From Eledone cirrhosa (Eukaryota), in assembly GCA_964016885.1 (NCBI GenBank), contig OZ024740.1, forward strand, positions 309,628,001 through 309,692,000: 64,000 bases of DNA, given 5' to 3'. Below, piece by piece: positions 56,771 through 64,000 of this stretch. Made by a program: the position numbers and the translations under genes. Under the pieces are notes generated by a model. The model worked only from the letters and a program-made list of their open reading frames with translations. It had not been told where the DNA came from and did no database searches. Each line of letters opens with the position of its first letter. The stretch's first letter is position 1.

Positions 56771-58569
56771 TAATTTAACGTATTCCAATAAGTTTTTACT
56801 CATATATTCATAATCCCCAAAGATCTTCCACCTAGTAAGAAATAGTGGAAATATTTATCACTTTTTAGAAGTTTTGCAATTTTAAAAATGTTATATCTAC
56901 AACAAATTTACATTAAACTTTTATCATACGCAGTGATCCAGCATTAACATTTAGGTTTCTTGGAAAATATGTTGAACTTCACAACATTTGAAAAAGATTA
57001 TGGTGGGGCAATCTACTTTATTCAAATTGTCATACTGATTCTATGTCGTGAACGAAATTGAACAGAGCATACGAAGATATCAACAAGCTATATGAGAGAG
57101 GGCTTAACCATTACCACATTTATCTATAATCAAATATAAAGTAGAAATGAAAATCCTTTCCCTGTGCCTCCATTAAACTGCATAGACAATGATTCTGCTT
57201 CTGATATGATGTCCCATATTTTATCCATCTCCTCTATGGTAATTGTAACGATTTTATAAAGGACAGTCAGTAAGGCATTGTAAGTGAATATATATTAACA
57301 TATTTTCAATCTATTTAGGTCACAGCACAACTAACACTGAACTATTTCCATGATATTTATCTTTCCCCCAAACTCGAAAATATATACATTTTTGTCCTTG
57401 GTATCGATTTTTTAACAATGTCCCACATATACGGCACTAAATATCGTATATAAGGAATAACATAAATGTACAAAAATATATTTTTATGTATGCAAGTAGC
57501 AAGTAGCAAGTAGCAAGTTTTCTACATTCATGAGATATTTTTAAAAATATGCTATGAAAGATAATGTACGTATAATAGCTTATAAATCGAATAAATAAAT
57601 TGAGGAGTCTCTTATCAAAATGGTTGAATAGACAGATGGAAAATAAGGAGATAGAGATTCAAAATATTTGCTTTGAAATGCAGTAAGTAAATTTGATAAT
57701 GTAAGTACATTTACAGGAATGAGTAAACAAACGAAAACACATCAAATGTTTCGATAATATAATTCGTTTTACCTATGCCAATATTATATCTATACATGGT
57801 AGTAGTTTTAATGCATTTCTTCGAAGGAAATATATAAAAACACGAGGCTATTATTATTTAAGGAGTGAATTATGTCGTGAAACAACTTGTTTTATGTAAA
57901 TCATTAAATCCATTCCGAATCGATATTTATTTGCAGAATATTCATTTATCTTAGATACAACTTATATATTTATTACCATTCCTATCTAATACACAGTTTG
58001 TAACATGGCAAAATATGAAGACCGCTTTGTAGCGAATAGTTCGAAATTTACACTTTCCTACGCATGCCTCCCAGGACAGGCTGCCGTCACATCGCCAGGT
58101 CTTGCAGCTTTTGGTGGAGATTACAATGTACTTTTTGAATAAGCCCATCTACATAAAGCATGCACACATCTATGGTTATTCCGTGCGAATGACAATGTGG
58201 TATGTATGTCGTTACTGTTACCGACAATATTGTACTTTTCTCATATAAGTTCTCATAGAATTCTTGAATGAGTGGAGATGCGAGAAAAATGTTGTTTAAA
58301 ATGATCTTGCTTCATAACGACCTATCGCTAACTTCAGAATTTCTTATGGTGTTCTGTGTAAACTCTCCCTCGTACACAATGGATTTGATATTACATTTCT
58401 TTTAGAGAGGACAGTTATCTTTAATCCTATAATGGCACCTTGGATTTACGCCGGGTATACTTTGCGGTAACATTTGATCTCAAAGATGGGCAACAGGAAT
58501 AGGATATCTTGACAGAATTGCGATTGATGATTTTACTCTATGTTGTGGGAGAAAATGTCTATCTATTAA

Positions 58570-58700
58570 ATCTAAAAAATTCTTACCTACATTAGTCATT
58601 AAGGCAAAAAGGGAGGTGCGAACAAAGTTTGCCAAAGAAGTCCCATATAAGATTATTTGGAAGGTCCAGACCTTATACCAAGAGATGTTGTCTCAGCCAC
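58570..58700 (+). mobile_element. Possible Tc1-like transposase remnant
   Basis: KKFLPTLVIKAKREVRTKFAKE..IWKV resembles the Tc1 motif KP.L...K..RL.FAK...W..V. Confidence 0.3.
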
Positions 58701-59015
58701 AGTGAAAAACTGAGAATATTACAAGATTTGTGGTCTCCGAAAAATAACTATTTGAACTAAAAGAACGAAATTTTTGGGAGAATATCTATAACTGAGAGGC
58801 ATACCCCCGGATGAGTTGAAATACTGAACAAATTCAACTAATTCTCAACCATCTTAATTTGATTTATATACTTTCTTAATATCTTTTCTTATTACACACT
58901 TACATATTTAGTAATATACTGTATGTTTATTCAAAAACATTTTGAAGGCCTTTCGCTATGAATTTAAGGTAGTGACCAACGTCACATACATAGCTTCAGC
59001 AAAAACAAAGGGAAA

Positions 59016-59062
59016 TAACCGACGATCGACCGTTTCTCACGTTTTAGTGGTTGTTAAGGCTA
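59016..59062 (-). ncRNA. Degenerate U3:A8-type hammerhead (paralog of 40809)
   Basis: Reverse complement: tagcc-TTAACAA-ccac(taaaac)gtga-GAAA-cgg(tcga)tcg-TC-ggtta; shares flanks ttcgctatga and agaagctggattcttat with the 40809 copy. Confidence 0.55.
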
Positions 59063-59185
59063 TATATCCCTTGTCTTTGCTGTAAGATGTAGAAGCTGGA
59101 TTCTTATAAGAATCCAGCATCTACATCTTACAGCGTATATATATATATGTATATATATCTATCTATATATCTATATATATATATA

Positions 59186-59240
<55 letters not shown>

Positions 59241-59253
59241 ATATATCTATATA

Positions 59254-59325
<72 letters not shown>

Positions 59326-59327
59326 CG

Positions 59328-59379
<52 letters not shown>

Positions 59380-59495
59380 TATATAGTAATAATAATAAAT
59401 TTGAAGACTAAAATCCAAAGAGGGCTCAATAAGGATAAATATATATCAAATATATAAGAACCGTAGAGCAAATATTTATTAAAATACCAGATTGA

Positions 59496-59546
59496 AGTTT
59501 AAGCAAAGAATCGCTGCTTTCACCCTTAACAGGATCTTCTGAAACT
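59496..59546 (-). ncRNA. Hammerhead-like motif with U4 replaced by A, in pLTR (second copy at 62863-62913)
   Basis: Reverse complement: agttt-CAGAAGA-tcct(gtta)agggt-GAAA-gca(gcgattctt)tgc-TT-aaact. Confidence 0.5.
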
Positions 59547-60581
59547 AACAAATTCAATCTATGAACGCAGAAGTGAATATTTCAAAAAACGTTGCAACCG
59601 GAGGAAGACAGGAAGACGATACTTTGGTTCGTGGAAACGTTCCCTGGCAAAGAACGGGAAAAATCGAATATAATACGTCATTATTTGGAGCAGTGAAAAA
59701 CAATTACACGCAAAGTCAAAACCACGTTTATGGTATAAAAGAAGTGGTAGACTAATATTCTATTAGGTGGTTCATAGAGACATTCTCTGGCAATTAACGG
59801 AAAAACCGAAGATAATACATCATATGTGGAGCGTGGAGAACAATTGCACGCATAGACAAAACTACGTAAATGGTATAACTGAAGTCGTAGACTAAAATTC
59901 TAACTAGGAAACCGAATGATTCTCGGCTTCAGAGTTAAGAATAAAGTAAATAAAATACAGAGGTAATTGAAATTAAATAAATACATACATGCATCTATAT
60001 ACGTACATACACAAGCATACGCGAAAACACTCGCCATAGGTATACAAATACACGCACGTACACAGAATAAAAAAACCCGCACGCACATAGAGAACCCACG
60101 CAACGCCTGTACCCGCACGTATACGAAAGTATACACCAAATACACATAGAAATATATATTAAAAAAAAAAAAATATGTGTGTGTGTGTGCACGTGTATAC
60201 ATATAATTAAATAAACATATATAAATAAATAAATACGTATATAACAAGCGCACACACATACCTACATGTAAATACACATATGTTCGGAGACGAACGTCAA
60301 CCAAAACACAAAGTATACATATACACACACCCTACATACGTACGAACCCGCATACTCACACAGAGCAAAACTCACGTATACACATAACCAAAAGCATATG
60401 TACCAGAATATATAATATATACGCCATAACATATACAATCAAATATACGTACGAGAAAGTATACGTACCTTCACAAAACATACAGGTAATATATACTTAC
60501 CTATACAAATAAGTAATGGTATAAACATAGCATATACTTAGCTACCACATCAAGACGTAAAATATCCGCGTATAGTTCGTA

Positions 60582-62600
60582 CTATTCGTTAGTGTATAAT
60601 GTGTGGCTGTAATACAGGAAAGTTTTGTGCAATTTATGTTTACAAGCCAAAATTGCCTCAGATTTTTTGTTTAAGATGTGGTCTTTGGCGTAGGGTATTT
60701 CGAGAGCCTCAGCGGCGCAGAGGTCACATGGTCTCTTATTTCCGTTATACGATCTAGCCCTAGCTATGATCTCCCAGTGTAACTTATATTGGGTGTGGTT
60801 GTCTTTTAGACTCCAGATATAAGCTGAAAGTGACGTCATATTCCTACTTAAAGGATAACGAAAAGAATGGGTATGCATGTAAAGACGCTGCTTGAATCTA
60901 TTGGCGGTTAACCCTATGTAGGCCCTACGGGACGTGGGTGTTTCAACCTTACATTTGTAGACAATGTTACTAGAGAGTCATTTCCCGGATAGGGGGCAGT
61001 TAACCCGATTCCTAAAATTACAGTTAGTACTAATTATAGGGTTGCACGTGTTCCTGCGGCTAGGTAGTTTAACTAAATTTGAGGTTATGATGTTATGTGC
61101 AAGGTTAGGAGTCGTAGAGTAAGAAATTTTAATAGTATTTCTATTAAAAAGTTTACTATGTTTATGTGTAGGGGGGAAAATGCTTCGTAATAAGGGATAG
61201 AAAGATCTTAGCTAATGGTGTGGCCACCTCCATATTATATGGTGGGTTATACCATATAATGCGTCGGGATCTATTTCTTCTAGGTTTATTCTCGTACTCT
61301 GTATATGCTACCTTATCGACAAATCCACTCCGAGCAAGAGCTTCATTGTAATATGTGGAATGGTCGTTGAAAATATGCTCGTTAGTAGATAGATGGGAAA
61401 GCCTCAAAGTAACGTTTCTTACCAGGTTCTTGGTTATGCTGGCAGGATGGTTAGAATGCTTACTTATGTAATTAAGTGTATCATTCGGCTTTCTATACGG
61501 GTAATGCAAGCCATTCGATAAATTGAGGGTAACGTCGAGGTAATTAACGACCGAAAGGCTGGCCTCAACCTTTAAAGAAGGCTGTGAGTTCTTTTATGAA
61601 CCTGTCGCAAGCCCGTGGGCAGCACTTAGTCATAGTCAAAAGACCATCATCACGGTACAAACCACCGCCCACGTTGGGGAATTCTTCCTTGATAGAGAAA
61701 GGAAGGAAACGGCCGATAAGATCAGTAACCTCCGCAGAATCACTTGCGCCCATACTCACGTCGAATGGGGTACTATTAGATTTTTTAATCCAAATAGAGT
61801 CGTCGAAATTAATCACCGACTTACGGGCATTGAGGATGACATCAACTTCGAAATCCTTAACCACTGTGAGTGTTTTAACGAAATTGATAGCTCTAAGGAG
61901 AAGTGGTAAAGTGATGGAGGAGTAGTAATTATTGATGTCGAATTGGATAAAACGGCAATGTTCCTTGTTGCATATGCCGTTGAACCACTTAATCACCGCG
62001 AAAGAATTGTTCCACAGTGCAAGAGGGGCCAAACTTCTAATTGCAGGTATAATTCTATCAAGAATCCTTTTACTAAGTCTACCTAAATCGGACTTCGTAG
62101 GGTTAATAAGCCGAATAGAGGGGTTGTTCGGAAAATTGGATTTGTGATCCTTCAGGGTAAAGGGGGGAGAAATAGGGTCCAGAGGTTCAGTCCGGTCCAG
62201 GATGTTGAGATCAGAGGTGATTTTAAAGCCAGCATCGTTGATTTCATTAATGACGCTCCGATTAGTTTTACGGTAATCCTTAGTTACAGCATTATGTAGC
62301 AGTTGATGGTAAGTACTGCGCTCCACTTGATATAGGTTGCCAGTTTTGTCGGAATGGACATGCACGGCATTAGAATAATTAATAGAACGAATTTTATTCT
62401 TCAGGTCCTGCTGGAAGGAATTGCTCCTATTCCGAAATTTGATACTCCATTCCAAGACATCATTATCGAAGGGTAGCAATGGTGGGTTACTCGGTCGGAG
62501 GGTTATTATAGGTTTTAAACCCAAACTTATCCTGTTTGTTGTCTGCTTTTCCCTGATTATCGAAATAAAAGGCACGCCAAAGAAACCTATTAATGAACGC
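60582..62600 (-). pseudogene. PLE polyprotein (RT, Zn-knuckle, GIY-YIG), disrupted
   Basis: SDKTGNLY, TLKDHK.NF, RLINPTKS, FIQFDI..Y.SI, FDVSMGA, GLYRDDGL, NYLDVTL, WYNPPY, FNRNTIKISYS, YIGLT, CDLC..E. Frameshifts near 61567 and 61172; in-frame TGA at 60978-60980. Confidence 0.92.
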
Positions 62601-63534
62601 GTCTGTTTTCTGTATGTTTTAGGTATGTTTTCGCGTCTGTTTTAGGTATGTTTTCCTGCTTGCTACGGGTATGTTCTTTGTAGAAATATTCAGATGTTGT
62701 TTCTGCATGATGAATATAAGTCAATAGAGTGGTCAACCGAGGGATCCAAATAGTAATAATAATAAATTTGAAGACTAAAATTCAAAGAGGGCTCGATAAG
62801 GATAAATAAATATCAAATATATAAGAATCGTAGAGAAAATATTTATTAAAATACCAGATTAAAATTTAAGCAAATAATCGCTGCTTTCACCCTTAACAGG
62901 ATCTTCTGGAACTAACGAAGTCAATCTATGAAGGCAGAAGTGAATATTTCAAAAAACGTTGCAACCGGAGGAAGACAGGAAGACGATACTTTGGTTCGTG
63001 GAAACGTTCCCCGGCAAAGAACGGGAAAAATCGAATATAATACGTCATTATTTGGAGCAGTGAAAAACAATTACACGCAAAGACAAAACCACGTTTATGG
63101 TATAAAAGAAGTCGTAGACTAATAATCTATTAGGTGGTTCATAGAGACGTTCTCTGGCAATTAACGGAAAAACCGAAGATAATACGTCATATGTGTAGCG
63201 GGGAGAACAATTGCACGCAAAGACAAAACCACGTAAATGGTATAACTGAAGTCGTAGACTAAAATTCTAACTAGGAAACCGAATGATTCTCGGCTTCAGA
63301 GTTAAGAATAAAGTAAATAAAATACAGAGGTAATTGAAATTAAATAAATATATACATGCATCCATATAGGTACATACACAAGCATACGCGAACACTCGCC
63401 ATAGGTATACAAATACACGCACCTACACAGAATAAAAAAAACAAAAAAAACTCACGCACATACAGAACCAACGCAACGCCTGTACCCGCACCCATACGAA
63501 AGTATACACCAAATACACATAACAATATATATAA

Positions 63535-63584
<50 letters not shown>

Positions 63585-63908
63585 ACGTGTATACATATAA
63601 TTAAATAAACGTATATAAATAAATAAATATGTATATAACAAGCGCACACACATACCTACATGTAAATACACATATGTTCGGAGACGAACGTCAACCAAAA
63701 CACAAAGTATATATATACACATACGCTACATCCGTACGAACCCGCATACTCACACAGACGCAAAACTCACGTATACACATAACCAAAACATATGTACCAG
63801 AATATATAATATATACGCCATAACATATACAATCAAATATACGTACGAGAAAGTATACGTACCTTCACAAAACATACAGGTAATATATACTTACCTATAC
63901 AAATAAGT

Positions 63909-64000
63909 AATTGTTTCTACTTTTTGGCAGAAGGCCAGCAATTATCCCAGTGTATTACTGGTACTTTATTTTATCGACCCTGTAAGGATGAAAGGCAAAG
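63909..64000 (-). mobile_element. SINE interrupting the PLE 5' pLTR (cut by the window edge)
   Basis: aattgtttctacttttggc..ggccagcaatt..tttatcgacc..aaggatgaaaggcaaag. Confidence 0.85.

Larger units (their letters stand above)
59383..63911 (-). mobile_element. Near full-length Penelope-like element (Naiad-like) with approximately 1.1-kb direct pLTRs
   Basis: Direct repeats at 59383-60517 and 62750-63911; internal RT plus GIY-YIG; 3' end at (TA)n. Confidence 0.92.

Noticed and set aside
59898-59941. Hairpin in the PLE pLTR considered as a SECIS
   Set aside because: No tandem GA quartet on the 3' side visible by eye; recorded only as a hairpin.
61565-61567. TGA ending the RT ORF as a second Sec codon
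   Set aside because: Homology continues in another frame (VEASLSVVNYLDVTL), so this is a frameshift or deletion.
61584-62645. Plus-strand ORFs of 71-113 aa
   Set aside because: Antisense shadows of the PLE reverse transcriptase frame.

Overview
AT-rich, microsatellite-dense eukaryotic DNA. The SINE family and overall repeat landscape suggest a cephalopod such as Octopus, but that is an inference. There is no complete protein-coding gene. Host-derived features are three tRNA-Ala(AGC) copies in duplicated blocks, one clean twitchin/titin-type fibronectin-III exon (7623-7916, minus strand) and about eight heavily decayed class-A GPCR-like remnants. The rest is mobile DNA: at least six Penelope-like retroelements (PLEs; RT and/or GIY-YIG, with direct or inverted pseudo-LTRs), about 25 copies or fragments of a tRNA-derived SINE, RTE/RTE-X LINE fragments, non-autonomous Helitrons, a mariner-type MITE and several fold-back palindromes. 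The most striking signal is invisible to the ORF track: about 20 hammerhead-ribozyme (HHR) motifs from about 10 distinct sequence families, found by eye on both strands. Some sit in PLE pLTRs; others sit in short non-coding, microsatellite-anchored repeats that look retrozyme-like. They include a family with a compensatory U3:A8 core variant. One Naiad-like PLE has an in-frame TGA exactly at a conserved Cys (possible Sec codon, or simple decay). All coordinates were counted by hand, and repeat boundaries are approximate.
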